From an uncultured Rikenellaceae bacterium (lineage in GTDB: Bacteria > Bacteroidota > Bacteroidia > Bacteroidales > VadinHA17): a stretch of 64,000 nucleotides of DNA. The stretch is from contig CAZXSW010000001.1 in NCBI GenBank assembly GCA_964642615.1, forward strand, positions 42,945 to 106,944, written 5' to 3'. How positions within the stretch are numbered: position 1 is the stretch's first letter; each line of letters begins with the position of its first letter. A program made the translations under genes and the position numbers. Below are positions 19,850 through 29,508 of this stretch, piece after piece. The notes under the pieces are model-generated. The model saw only the letters and a program-made list of their open reading frames with translations. It was not told where the DNA came from and did no database searches.

Positions 19850-21859
19850 GTGTTCAAAGCTTTCGGGAAGAAAAGCGTAGAATCATTTTCGATTCCTTTA
19901 ATCTTTCCCGGAAAGCCTGCTTTAAAATTAAAGGAATTGAAATCGCTTCTTGCATATTTCCCGCTCCTGCTCCTGCTTCCCCTGTCACTTTCGGGACAGT
20001 CAGAACCTGTTGATACCATAGTGATAAAGGAGGTTATGATAAGCGCCGGGAGAGATCCTTCAGGAATCTCCAGGTTGTCGCTTAATTTAATTGACTCATC
20101 TCTTAAAAAAGACTTTAGCCTGAATTCAGTGGCTGAACTTCTGTCGGATAACAACCTTATGCACATTCAGTCATATGGTTCAGGAGGAATAGCTTCCCCT
20201 TCCTTCCGTGGAACAGGAGCAAGCCATACAACCGTGACATGGAACGGGATCAGCATAAATAATCCGATGCCGGGCCAGTCAGATCTTTCTCTCTTGCCTT
20301 CAGGTCTGGCCGATGAGATAAATGTATTAAGCGGAGGACCTTCAATGTTATCAAACGGTGGCGCAATAGGAGGGGTCATTACCCTTGAGTCGGGAAACGA
20401 ATGGAATGAGGGTTATTCAATGTCACTGAATACAGGTACAGCAAGCTTCGGACGATATTCTGGTCTGGCTGCCCTGAAAGCCGGGAATTCAGAAATCTCC
20501 TCGGTAACAAAAGCTTATTTCAACTCATCAGAGAATGATTTCCCCTTTGTTAACTATGCTCTGTCAAATGAACCATTCACCGAAAAGAGGAAAAACAGTG
20601 AGACTCAAACCATAGGATTCCTCCAGGAGTTATACCTTAAGGGAGCAAAAAGCATGTCATCTGCCCGGGTTTGGTATAACACAACTGAACGTAATATCCC
20701 TGTCCCGATGATATCACGGCAACCCATACCGGGAGAAAGGCAGGTCGACCGCTCACTCAGAAGCCTTCTCGGATACAGGCTCAGTCTTCCCCGTTCTGAA
20801 ATTAAAGCCGATGCTGGTTTCGTAGCTGACAGACTGCTATATTCAAATCCCGAGACGTCAACAGATTCAAGAAACCTTGTAAGGACAATAACAATTAAGA
20901 CTGAAGCCAGCCCTCAGCTCGGAGAAAAGACAAAACTGTCAATTCTTGCCTCTCATGAACTTAATATTGTCAATTCAAATAATTACGACGCCAGAAAGAC
21001 AAGGAATACCACAGTGCTTGCCGTTTCTGCCTCAAGGTCAATCCTGAAGCCGCTTGCTGCCCAGGCACTGCTTAGAGGAAAACAATCAGACGCTAAGCTT
21101 ATTATTCCTGATATTGCTGCCGGACTGGAATATAAACTGCCTTTGCCTGTTGAACTGCTTATAAAGGCAAACCTGTCAGCCAACTCCAGGCTGCCCACAC
21201 TGAATGATCTTTACTGGATGCCTGGAGGAAATCCTGATCTTAAAAGCGAATATGGAGTGTCGTGGGAACTGGGACTTGACTACAGGAGCAAATCCGACCT
21301 TAACCCTGCCCTGACTGCCGGGATAGATATCTTCCGGAACAGGATAAGCAACATGATTCACTGGTATCCGGGAGAATCATCCTTCTGGAGCGCCGTAAAC
21401 CTCGGACATGTAGAGATTGCCGGAGCTGAGCTAACAGCAGCCGGTGAATACATAAGCGACCGGTTTTTTGTAAGGATCAACGGTGCCTGGTCGTACACAA
21501 GGGCCTCAGAAATCCATAATGACATGAGATTGTGGAACAGTAACCAGATAGTATATGTTCCGGTTCACATGGCAAACACGGGAATAAAAGCAGGATATGG
21601 GATGTTAAGGGCCTCTTTCAACTCCGCCTGGACCGGACGTCGCTATATCTCAACAGATAATTCAGATTATCTGCCCGGATACCTGATATGTGACCTTTTT
21701 GCCGGGGCAGCCAGGGAATGGGTTAAAGTAAAAATAGATATGACTTTCAGAATCTCAAATTTATTCAATATAAACTATCAGGCAGTTGCATGGCATCCTA
21801 TGCCAGGGAGAACATATGCCATCAGCCTGCTGCTCGAATTTAAAAACAAGCCGCTATGA
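19850..21859 (+). CDS. btuB: TonB-dependent receptor, BtuB-like (start uncertain: GTG at 19850 or in-frame TTG at 19937)
   Basis: Signal-like LLAYFPLLLLLPLSLSGQ, plug-domain motifs (IQSYGSGGIASPSFRGTGASHTTVTWNGISIN), and a C-terminal beta-barrel ending in an aromatic-rich segment. It is directly preceded by the B12 riboswitch. Confidence 0.85.
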   Translation: MFKAFGKKSVESFSIPLIFPGKPALKLKELKSLLAYFPLLLLLPLSLSGQSEPVDTIVIKEVMISAGRDPSGISRLSLNLIDSSLKKDFSLNSVAELLSDNNLMHIQSYGSGGIASPSFRGTGASHTTVTWNGISINNPMPGQSDLSLLPSGLADEINVLSGGPSMLSNGGAIGGVITLESGNEWNEGYSMSLNTGTASFGRYSGLAALKAGNSEISSVTKAYFNSSENDFPFVNYALSNEPFTEKRKNSETQTIGFLQELYLKGAKSMSSARVWYNTTERNIPVPMISRQPIPGERQVDRSLRSLLGYRLSLPRSEIKADAGFVADRLLYSNPETSTDSRNLVRTITIKTEASPQLGEKTKLSILASHELNIVNSNNYDARKTRNTTVLAVSASRSILKPLAAQALLRGKQSDAKLIIPDIAAGLEYKLPLPVELLIKANLSANSRLPTLNDLYWMPGGNPDLKSEYGVSWELGLDYRSKSDLNPALTAGIDIFRNRISNMIHWYPGESSFWSAVNLGHVEIAGAELTAAGEYISDRFFVRINGAWSYTRASEIHNDMRLWNSNQIVYVPVHMANTGIKAGYGMLRASFNSAWTGRRYISTDNSDYLPGYLICDLFAGAAREWVKVKIDMTFRISNLFNINYQAVAWHPMPGRTYAISLLLEFKNKPL

Positions 21860-22890
21860 ACAAAATTATTCCATTTTTATTTCTTGTCATCTTTACTGTT
21901 TCATGCTCTGACCCCGAAAACGGGCAGGGTGACTACTATCTGAGAGGTGAGGGCGCATTTATTGTAAATGAAGGTAATTTCAGGTGGGGGAACGGTTCTC
22001 TTTCATTTTATTCATACGATTCAGCCCGGCTTTATAATACGGTGTTCGAATCGGTTAATGGCAGGCCGCTTGGTGATGTTCCTTTCTCACTTACCCAATC
22101 GGAGAGGTCGCTTTTTATTGTAGTTAATAACTCGGGTAAGATTGAGGTGGCTAACCTGAGTACACTCAAGACAAGCGCCACCATCGACAGCCTTATCTCT
22201 CCCCGGTTTATATGTCTTATAAACGCAGGCAAAGCCTATGTTACAAGCCTTTACTCAGATTCTGTTGCCATCTTTAATCCTGCTACTGCCAAACTTACTG
22301 GTTTCATTAACCTTGCCTGCACTTCTGAGTCTATAATAAAAACAGACGACAAGGTTTATGTTGCCAACTGGTCGGGAGGGAACGAAGTGGTTGTCATTGA
22401 TCCTTCTGACGACAGCATAAGCGGAAGGATTGAGGTGGGTGCCGAGCCCGAAAGCATGGTTATTGACAGGGATAACGGTCTGTGGGTGCTTTGCAGCGGA
22501 GGATGGAGCGGTGATTCTATGGCAGAACTGATACGGATTGATACCGAAACCGGTCAGGTTGAATCCCGGCTTGTATTTCCCGACAGGAGCCATTACCCTT
22601 CTTCATTGAATATAAATAAATCAGGTGATACTCTTTATTTTATTGACAACGGGGTGAGACGAATGAGCATAGATGATGCTGAGCTTCCTTCCGTCCCATT
22701 TATTACCGGTGATAACCATTATTTTTATCGTCTGGGCATAAATCACGCCAACGGAGAAATTTTTGTTACCGATGCAGTCGATTTTTCAAGCAGGGGCTTT
22801 GTTCTCCGATACAACCGGCAGGGAGAACTGATTGAGGAACTGGAAGCCGACATTATTCCGGGGGCAATTACTTTCAGGTACAACAATTGA
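21856..22890 (+). CDS. YncE-like beta-propeller surface lipoprotein (possible BtuG-like B12-capture protein)
   Basis: Lipoprotein signal MNKIIPFLFLVIFTVSCSD. Repeated blade-like segments (LFIVVNNSGKIEV, KAYVTSLYSDSVAIFNP, KVYVANWSGGNEVVVIDP). ATGA overlap with btuB. The BtuG assignment rests on locus position only. Confidence 0.65.
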   Translation: MNKIIPFLFLVIFTVSCSDPENGQGDYYLRGEGAFIVNEGNFRWGNGSLSFYSYDSARLYNTVFESVNGRPLGDVPFSLTQSERSLFIVVNNSGKIEVANLSTLKTSATIDSLISPRFICLINAGKAYVTSLYSDSVAIFNPATAKLTGFINLACTSESIIKTDDKVYVANWSGGNEVVVIDPSDDSISGRIEVGAEPESMVIDRDNGLWVLCSGGWSGDSMAELIRIDTETGQVESRLVFPDRSHYPSSLNINKSGDTLYFIDNGVRRMSIDDAELPSVPFITGDNHYFYRLGINHANGEIFVTDAVDFSSRGFVLRYNRQGELIEELEADIIPGAITFRYNN

Positions 22891-24086
22891 TGGAAACAGC
22901 AAATACTCTGCAGATTGTCCGGAAAAAGGCTTCCCTGTTTCTTACAGCCGGAGCCGTTCTCCTGTCTTCCCTTGTAATTTCATGTTCAGGCAATAGAACC
23001 TCATCAGGGAATACAGACCACACAACATCAGTTTCCCTAACCGGATATGCAGGTAAGCTTCTGATAGAAAAGAAGGACTCCTTCACTGTTGTGACAATAA
23101 GGGATCCCTGGCAGGGGGCAAGTGATGTGCTTCATGAATGGTATCTCGTTCCCCAGGGAATCAGTGCCACTTCTGCAGATCCTTCACGGATTATAAGGGT
23201 CCCTGTAAGAAAAATAGTATGCATGTCGACTACCCACCTTGCCATGATAAGGGCCCTGAATGAAGAAAGGAGCCTGGCCGGGGCTTCAGGGACAGATTTT
23301 ATATATGACTCAACTCTTCTGGCACTTGCAGGAAAAGGACAGATCAGGGAAGTCGGATATGACGATAACCTCAATAAAGAACTGATTGCTTCAATTGACC
23401 CCGACCTGGTAATGGTTTATGGTGTCGGAGGGGAATCGGCGGCATACACCGGCAAGCTTGCCGAAATGGGAATAAAAGTACTCTTCAATGCTGATTACCT
23501 TGAGGAAGATCCGCTGGGTAAAGCCGAATGGATAAAACTCTTCGGGGCATTGTATTGCAGGGAAGAGATGGCCGACTCCATCTTTCTTCATACTGAAAGA
23601 GAATATAAGAGGATGAGGGAAGAGATTGCAGCTAAGTTGTTCCGCAGACCTTCTGTCATGCTTGGTCTTCCTTTCAGGGATACATGGTTCGTCTCTCCGG
23701 GCAACTCCTACATAAGCCGGCTTATTTCAGATGCAGGCGGGGATTATCTGTGGAAAGACACAAATTCTGATCATTCGATGCCCTATGGTATTGAAAATGT
23801 TTATACCAGGGCACTGGAAGCCGACTTCTGGATAAATCCCGGAAGTGCTGCGGGTATCGATGAGATTGTTAGTCTCGATAAACGTCTGGCCGGCCTGAAG
23901 TGCGTAAAGGAAGGGAATGTCTTTAACAACAACAAAAGGAGCAACAGTAATGGAGGAAATGACTATTGGGAGACAGGAGCCATAAATCCGCATATCATTC
24001 TGAAGGATATTGCAGCTATTCTTAATCCCTATCCGGATTATGAAAAGGAACTTGTATATTACAGAAAGCTTTTTTCAGACAGGTAA
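22890..24086 (+). CDS. ABC-transporter periplasmic substrate-binding protein, BtuF/FhuD-like (cobalamin/siderophore class)
   Basis: The ATG at 22890 overlaps the upstream stop (TGATG). Motifs include RKIVCMSTTHLAMIRALN and DPDLVMVYG, typical of the class III binding-protein fold. It lies in the riboswitch-controlled operon. Confidence 0.8.
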   Translation: METANTLQIVRKKASLFLTAGAVLLSSLVISCSGNRTSSGNTDHTTSVSLTGYAGKLLIEKKDSFTVVTIRDPWQGASDVLHEWYLVPQGISATSADPSRIIRVPVRKIVCMSTTHLAMIRALNEERSLAGASGTDFIYDSTLLALAGKGQIREVGYDDNLNKELIASIDPDLVMVYGVGGESAAYTGKLAEMGIKVLFNADYLEEDPLGKAEWIKLFGALYCREEMADSIFLHTEREYKRMREEIAAKLFRRPSVMLGLPFRDTWFVSPGNSYISRLISDAGGDYLWKDTNSDHSMPYGIENVYTRALEADFWINPGSAAGIDEIVSLDKRLAGLKCVKEGNVFNNNKRSNSNGGNDYWETGAINPHIILKDIAAILNPYPDYEKELVYYRKLFSDR

Positions 24087-24110
24087 GCGATTGCCTGTTA
24101 TACTGAGGAT

Positions 24111-25181
24111 ATGAGTAACAGCGTCACAGATGGCTTGTTTTACAGCCGGGGATGGTCAGCTGGCCGGACGGGTCTGTTGTTCCCCGTGTTGTCAGTTTTG
24201 CTTTTGTTGTTGTTTGTAGCAGATATCCTTTTAGGTTCGGTATATATCCATCCTTCTGAACTCATTAGGTCGCTTACCGACCCAAACGGAAGTACTGCCG
24301 GTATAATTGTTATGAAATTCAGACTGCCCAAAGCTGTTACTGCCCTTCTTGCGGGCATGGCTTTGTCACTAAGCGGGCTGCAGATGCAGACCGTTTTCAG
24401 GAACCCGATGGCAGGGCCATATGTACTTGGACTGAGTTCGGGCGCAAGTCTCGGAGTCGCTTTTGTTATAATGGGATTGTCGGCGCAGTATTCGCCCGCG
24501 GTATTCAGAGATCTGGGAAACTGGGCCGTCGTTGTTGCCGCTTGTGCCGGTGCTGGTGCAATTATGCTGCTGATAATGTTTATCTCGGCCAGAATAAAGG
24601 ATATACTTACGGTCCTGATCATTGGCATGATGCTCTCAGGCGGCATATCAGCAATTGTAAGCATCATGCAGTACTTCAGCAACGAATCACTGCTTAAGTC
24701 GTATGTCATATGGACCATGGGCAGCCTGGGCAACCTTACAGGATCTCAGATAAAGGTGCTTCTGATAACTTGCATTGCGGGTTTTGCCATCTGCATCGGC
24801 TCGGTCAAAATGCTTAACGTCATGCTGCTGGGCGAAAACTATGCTTCAAGCCTGGGTCTTAATATAAAACTCTCAAGGCTTGTGATTTTTGCCGGGACAA
24901 GTATCCTGGCAGGAAGTGTGACAGCGTTCTGCGGTCCGATAGGATTCATAGGGATAGCTGTGCCTCATATTGCACGGATTGTCTTCAGAACATCCGATCA
25001 CAGAATACTCATACCGGCAACAATGCTGACCGGCGGTTCGGTTATGATACTGAGTGATATAATTTCACAGCTTCCGGGCTCCGACACAGTAATCCCCGTC
25101 AACTCAGTCACGGCACTTATCGGCATCCCTGTTGTGCTTTGGGTCATTCTCAGGAACCGTAAATTTTCAGATATCTGCTGA
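24111..25181 (+). CDS. FecCD-family ABC permease (BtuC-like)
   Basis: About 10 TM segments and FecCD-type motifs (RNPMAGPYVLGLSSGASLG, FCGPIGFIGIAVPHIAR). Confidence 0.9.
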   Translation: MSNSVTDGLFYSRGWSAGRTGLLFPVLSVLLLLLFVADILLGSVYIHPSELIRSLTDPNGSTAGIIVMKFRLPKAVTALLAGMALSLSGLQMQTVFRNPMAGPYVLGLSSGASLGVAFVIMGLSAQYSPAVFRDLGNWAVVVAACAGAGAIMLLIMFISARIKDILTVLIIGMMLSGGISAIVSIMQYFSNESLLKSYVIWTMGSLGNLTGSQIKVLLITCIAGFAICIGSVKMLNVMLLGENYASSLGLNIKLSRLVIFAGTSILAGSVTAFCGPIGFIGIAVPHIARIVFRTSDHRILIPATMLTGGSVMILSDIISQLPGSDTVIPVNSVTALIGIPVVLWVILRNRKFSDIC

Positions 25182-26191
25182 TGGAAGATTCTGACAGGGA
25201 AATACTGAAGATGGAATCTCTCTCCGTGGGATTTATGAACGGGAGAGAACCCTGCCGGCTGTTGCCTCCCTTCTCAGCAAGAGCGGCTTACGGAGAACTG
25301 GTGGCCCTTATCGGGATCAACGGGATCGGCAAAAGCACTCTCCTCAGGACACTTGCACGACTTCAGCCTGCACTGGGAGGAACAGTTAAAATTGACGGGA
25401 CCCTGATCACGACGATGTCGGGAAATGAATTTGCCAGGAATGTGGGATATGTATCAACCGAAGTGGTAAGTGCATCCAATATGACTGTCACTGACCTGGT
25501 GGCTCTGGGAAGATTTCCTCACACTAACTGGTATGGACGGACAGGTCCGGAAGACCAGAAGATGATAAGGGATGCTATTGAAAAAGCACGACTATCAGGA
25601 TTCAGGGACAGATACGTTTCAAGCCTTTCTGACGGAGAAAGGCAAAGGGCAATGATAGCCAGGGTACTGGCCCAGGATACCAGGATTCTGGTTATGGATG
25701 AACCCACCGCCTTCCTTGATGTCAACAGCAAATATGAGATAATTCATCTGCTCAGGGAGCTGACACGGCAAAGGAACAAGACTATCATATTTTCGACTCA
25801 CGATCTTCAGGCGGCTCTAAGCCAGGCAGACAGGATCTGGCTTATGCTTAAAGACGGCCTCAGGGAAGGAGCACCCGAGGACCTGATGCTTGATGATGCC
25901 TTCGACATGCTGTTCGAAAAGTCAATTGTTAAATTCGACTCCCGTCACGGCAGCTTTGTTATGAATACAACAGGAAGAGGATCTATATCCCTGGAGGGAA
26001 AGGGGAAGGAAAAATACTGGACCTCAAGGGCACTTCTGAGGGCTGGCTTTACAATAGACGATGGATGCAGGGAAACGGTAGTGAGGGTCATTCCGGGCAG
26101 GAGATGGATAGTGGATTCCGGTGGTAAACACTTTGAATGCAGCTCGATACACCAGCTTACTGGCTGGCTTACAGGAAGCACAAGAGATTAG
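25181..26191 (+). CDS. ABC transporter ATP-binding protein (BtuD/FepC-like) with a C-terminal extension of about 90 aa
   Basis: Walker A GINGIGKST, signature LSDGERQR, Walker B ILVMDEPTAFLD. TGATG overlap with the permease gene. Confidence 0.9.
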   Translation: MEDSDREILKMESLSVGFMNGREPCRLLPPFSARAAYGELVALIGINGIGKSTLLRTLARLQPALGGTVKIDGTLITTMSGNEFARNVGYVSTEVVSASNMTVTDLVALGRFPHTNWYGRTGPEDQKMIRDAIEKARLSGFRDRYVSSLSDGERQRAMIARVLAQDTRILVMDEPTAFLDVNSKYEIIHLLRELTRQRNKTIIFSTHDLQAALSQADRIWLMLKDGLREGAPEDLMLDDAFDMLFEKSIVKFDSRHGSFVMNTTGRGSISLEGKGKEKYWTSRALLRAGFTIDDGCRETVVRVIPGRRWIVDSGGKHFECSSIHQLTGWLTGSTRD

Positions 26192-27633
26192 TTGTAATTC
26201 TTTCTGTGGTTTTCAATAAACGGGATAATATCTTCCACACCTATCTTCTTGGCAATAATCTTCTTGTCCCTGTCAAGAACATATATAAGCGGAGTAGCCT
26301 GTACATTGTAAAAAAAGGCATAATTCGTCCGTCTTTCCGGATCCCAGCCATTTATCCACGAGCCAAGATTATTCGTCCTTATATATTCTTCCCATTCTTC
26401 CCTGTCAAAAGTAGTGCATACTGTGAATACTTCAATGTTGTCTTCCCTAAGTTTTCCGTACATATCGCGGAGCAGGGGAGTGGTTTCCTTACAGAACCCA
26501 CAGTCGGGTTCCCAGAAGTAAAGTATGGTATAGTCTTTTTCAATATCGTGCAATGAAACAAATACTCCGTTAAAGGAATCCATTACAAGGTTCTGCGCCG
26601 GCATTCCGATAAGATTCGGCCTGAGAAGGTTAATCTGCTTTTCCAGGTCCTTGAGAAACTCCTCAGTAACCCAGTCAGCTTTACCCGACAGATATATATC
26701 ATCAGCAATCTTCACCATCACGGCATCGTGGCCCATAATACTGCTTTCACGGAAATGATTGAACAACCAGACAGCAACATACTGGAAGATTTTGTAGTTT
26801 CCACTTGTCATGGCAATTAATCTGTCGATTTCAGAGATAACCGAATCGGGAGCCTGAATCACAACATTAGTAAAAAAGGCAGTTAGCCTTGAACTGAGCA
26901 GGGGAGTCCTTAATAATCTTTCATCGTTAAGATCGAGGTTGTCGAAATAATGATTCTTGTTATAATTATACTCCATAACCCATCTCAGTGAATCAGCTGA
27001 GGGAGCGGCCGGATCGATTTTAAAATCAGGGGGGTCAACTGGCAGCATGGCTCTTACAAGAACCGAAAGCAGGTTCCCACTGTTATTGTCCTTAACCTGC
27101 TTTAGATAGCCTATCATTTTCTGCTCCTGCTGCTTCTGAAGATCTGAAAGCAGATTCAGAGAATCTCTGTTTTGACTGTTTGTCAGTATCCTTTTTCCTA
27201 TAGCGGATGCTTTCTGCTGCATCGCCACCCAGTTCTTCTGATAATCCATAAAGCGTGTGTTAATATCAGATCCTGAAAACTCAAGAGTATTGAAAGCGTC
27301 ATTGTGCGAGCATGTAAGCGAGAAATCCTGGTCGTCCGATATCAGAAGCTCAAAATATTTATTTCCGGGAAGGACTATCATATAAATACCTTCAGGAAGT
27401 GTTTCATCTCCTGAGAAGATCCCGGTTCCATTGCTGTCAACAATAACAGTGTCTCTTATATATTGCTTGTCTCCAAGATGATAAGCCAGAAATACTGATG
27501 CGTCAGCAAGTCCTTTTATAGTAAAGGAGATTTCATGACCTGGCTTCCCCTTACACTCCGGCATAAGGATTATAAAGAGAACAAGTGTAAACAGAATTGG
27601 CATTGTCTTCATTTCCCTGTGATTTTTATTCAA
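26188..27633 (-). CDS. TlpA/thioredoxin-fold thiol-disulfide oxidoreductase family lipoprotein-like protein
   Basis: N-terminal signal peptide. The C-terminal thioredoxin-like domain has a CxxC motif in YFWEPDCGFCKE. Its stop region overlaps the ABC ATPase stop by 4 bp (convergent). Confidence 0.75.
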   Translation of the reverse strand: MNKNHREMKTMPILFTLVLFIILMPECKGKPGHEISFTIKGLADASVFLAYHLGDKQYIRDTVIVDSNGTGIFSGDETLPEGIYMIVLPGNKYFELLISDDQDFSLTCSHNDAFNTLEFSGSDINTRFMDYQKNWVAMQQKASAIGKRILTNSQNRDSLNLLSDLQKQQEQKMIGYLKQVKDNNSGNLLSVLVRAMLPVDPPDFKIDPAAPSADSLRWVMEYNYNKNHYFDNLDLNDERLLRTPLLSSRLTAFFTNVVIQAPDSVISEIDRLIAMTSGNYKIFQYVAVWLFNHFRESSIMGHDAVMVKIADDIYLSGKADWVTEEFLKDLEKQINLLRPNLIGMPAQNLVMDSFNGVFVSLHDIEKDYTILYFWEPDCGFCKETTPLLRDMYGKLREDNIEVFTVCTTFDREEWEEYIRTNNLGSWINGWDPERRTNYAFFYNVQATPLIYVLDRDKKIIAKKIGVEDIIPFIENHRKNYN

Positions 27634-27732
27634 ATGTAAAATTAATCATCACAATTTCTTTGCCAAAACGGAATCTCTCATTATTTGAGAAATAAATTGC
27701 TATTTTTGACTTCAGAACCTATTCTGTGATTA

Positions 27733-28659
27733 ATGATATCCATTCTGATCCCGGTCAAAGATTTTGACATTGTTGCGCTTGTTGAGAGTATGAAAAGGGG
27801 GCTTGAGAATACTCCTCAATATGGCGAGATCCTGATTGGTGACGATGGGTCGTCTGATGAATTCAGGGCCAGATATCTGGCACTGAGTGGAGAAAAGGTA
27901 AGGGTTGTCGTTTCGGAAACCAACATTGGTCGTGCAGCCATAAGGAACAGGCTTATTTCTGAAGCAAAGGGAGATCAGATGCTCATAATCGACGCTGATG
28001 CAATGGTTCCCGCAACACCGGAAGCATATCTCCAGGCATGGCTTCCTTTTATTAGCAAAGCCAGTGTAATTTCCGGAGGGATAATTTACAGAGAAGCCCC
28101 TCCGGGAGATCCGGATCTGCTTCTCAGATGGTTTTACGGTAGAAAAAAGGAGCAGAAAAAGGCAGCCGACAGAAATAAGGACCCCTACGGTACATTCACT
28201 ACCTTCAATGTTCTAATCGACAAACAGGTGTTTTCCAGGCTGCGTTTCAATGAAGAACTTAAACAATACGGTCATGAAGACACCCTGTTCGGGTATCAGC
28301 TAAAAAAGGCAGGGATAAAAATTCTTCATATTGATAATGGCCTGCTTCATGAGGGGCTCGAGACCAATATGGATTATCTGAGCAAGACGCGATTCAGTAT
28401 TGAGAACCTGAGCAAGCTTTATGATATTGTGACCGATAAAAAGACGTTTTCCGATTCTGTCAGGATGCTGCGTCAGTATCGGGTTCTGAAATCCTTCGGG
28501 ATAACTGGCTTTCTTGCTAAATTCTACATAAGGTATAAAGACAGGATAGAACGCAGGCTCGATTCCTCACCAGTTTCTCTCAGGTTGTATAATTTGTACA
28601 GGATCGGTATGTTTTGTGCGTTTCGGGGTATGCACGCAAAGAAAACCAGGGTGATTTAG
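27733..28659 (+). CDS. family 2 glycosyltransferase
   Basis: The N-terminus ISILIPVKD...GDDGSSD...IIDADA is typical of the GT2 (GT-A fold, DxD) family. Confidence 0.8.
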   Translation: MISILIPVKDFDIVALVESMKRGLENTPQYGEILIGDDGSSDEFRARYLALSGEKVRVVVSETNIGRAAIRNRLISEAKGDQMLIIDADAMVPATPEAYLQAWLPFISKASVISGGIIYREAPPGDPDLLLRWFYGRKKEQKKAADRNKDPYGTFTTFNVLIDKQVFSRLRFNEELKQYGHEDTLFGYQLKKAGIKILHIDNGLLHEGLETNMDYLSKTRFSIENLSKLYDIVTDKKTFSDSVRMLRQYRVLKSFGITGFLAKFYIRYKDRIERRLDSSPVSLRLYNLYRIGMFCAFRGMHAKKTRVI

Positions 28660-28764
28660 GGTAGTGTTTTCTTTAGTCAGCTAAAGCATTTATTAATAGC
28701 AAATAAGCCGATACGAAGGGATGTATTGCATTAGCAGCACACCTCTGTTCGCATAACTGCCGTA

Positions 28765-29469
28765 TCATACTTCAGAAATATAAGTCCTGAAAAGTTCCAT
28801 ATTGCCGTCCCCATCCTGCTCAGCCCTTAAAATAAAGCCGAAACGGTTTGCCATAGTACAGAGAAAAAAGTCAGAGGGTGGTGAGAAATTAATATTCTCA
28901 GGATAAAAGAATCTTCTTCCCGAAGAGAATCTCAGGTTTCTTAATTCTTCCTCGCTGTGAGTTATTTCACCCAAAATGCCCTTCTTTATCATACCGGCAC
29001 ACAGAAGATCCTCCTCAGCGCTATGGGTGCCGCGGTATCCCATGGCAACAAGGGATACATGATCCGGATCAAGCGAACGTATATAGGCGGCTACGGCTGA
29101 TGCATTCACTATGCTGCCTGTGAGAAGAATATCTGCATTGACTGCATTAACAAGCCCGGCGGTTCCGGCAGTGGTAGTATGTATAAGCGTTTTTCCCTTG
29201 ATGTTGTTCTGAAGTATTTCGGTAGGGGAGTTACCTATATCAAAACCAGGAATCTTCTTTTCATTCCTTTCTCCGGCAAGAAAAGAATTCCTTAACAAAT
29301 TCTTCATCTTCAGAGCCTTTTCAGGATCATCTGTGGCAATTATCCTCCCTGCACCTGCATCTGATGCATAACAGGCTACTGAGAAGGCCCTGAACACGTC
29401 AATTATTACAGTCACACCTCTGGCTTTTGCAGCGCCTTCAATAAACTCAAGGATCTCGATAACCATCAC
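28765..29469 (-). CDS. 2-phosphosulfolactate phosphatase (ComB) family protein
   Basis: The N-terminus VTVIIDVFRAFSVACYA and the overall length of about 234 aa resemble the ComB family. The physiological substrate in bacteria is unknown. Confidence 0.65.
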   Translation of the reverse strand: MMVIEILEFIEGAAKARGVTVIIDVFRAFSVACYASDAGAGRIIATDDPEKALKMKNLLRNSFLAGERNEKKIPGFDIGNSPTEILQNNIKGKTLIHTTTAGTAGLVNAVNADILLTGSIVNASAVAAYIRSLDPDHVSLVAMGYRGTHSAEEDLLCAGMIKKGILGEITHSEEELRNLRFSSGRRFFYPENINFSPPSDFFLCTMANRFGFILRAEQDGDGNMELFRTYISEV

Positions 29470-29508
29470 ATTGTTTTTAATCTATACGAAATTAGTAATT
29501 AATTTTGT

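Noticed and set aside
24140-24733. Long antisense ORFs inside well-supported genes. Examples: 24140..24733, 32962..33480, 42562..43086, 56939..57430, 13751..14257, 12640..13038, 60889..61290.
   Set aside because: Each lies fully within a longer opposite-strand gene that has clear family motifs. None shows a motif of its own.
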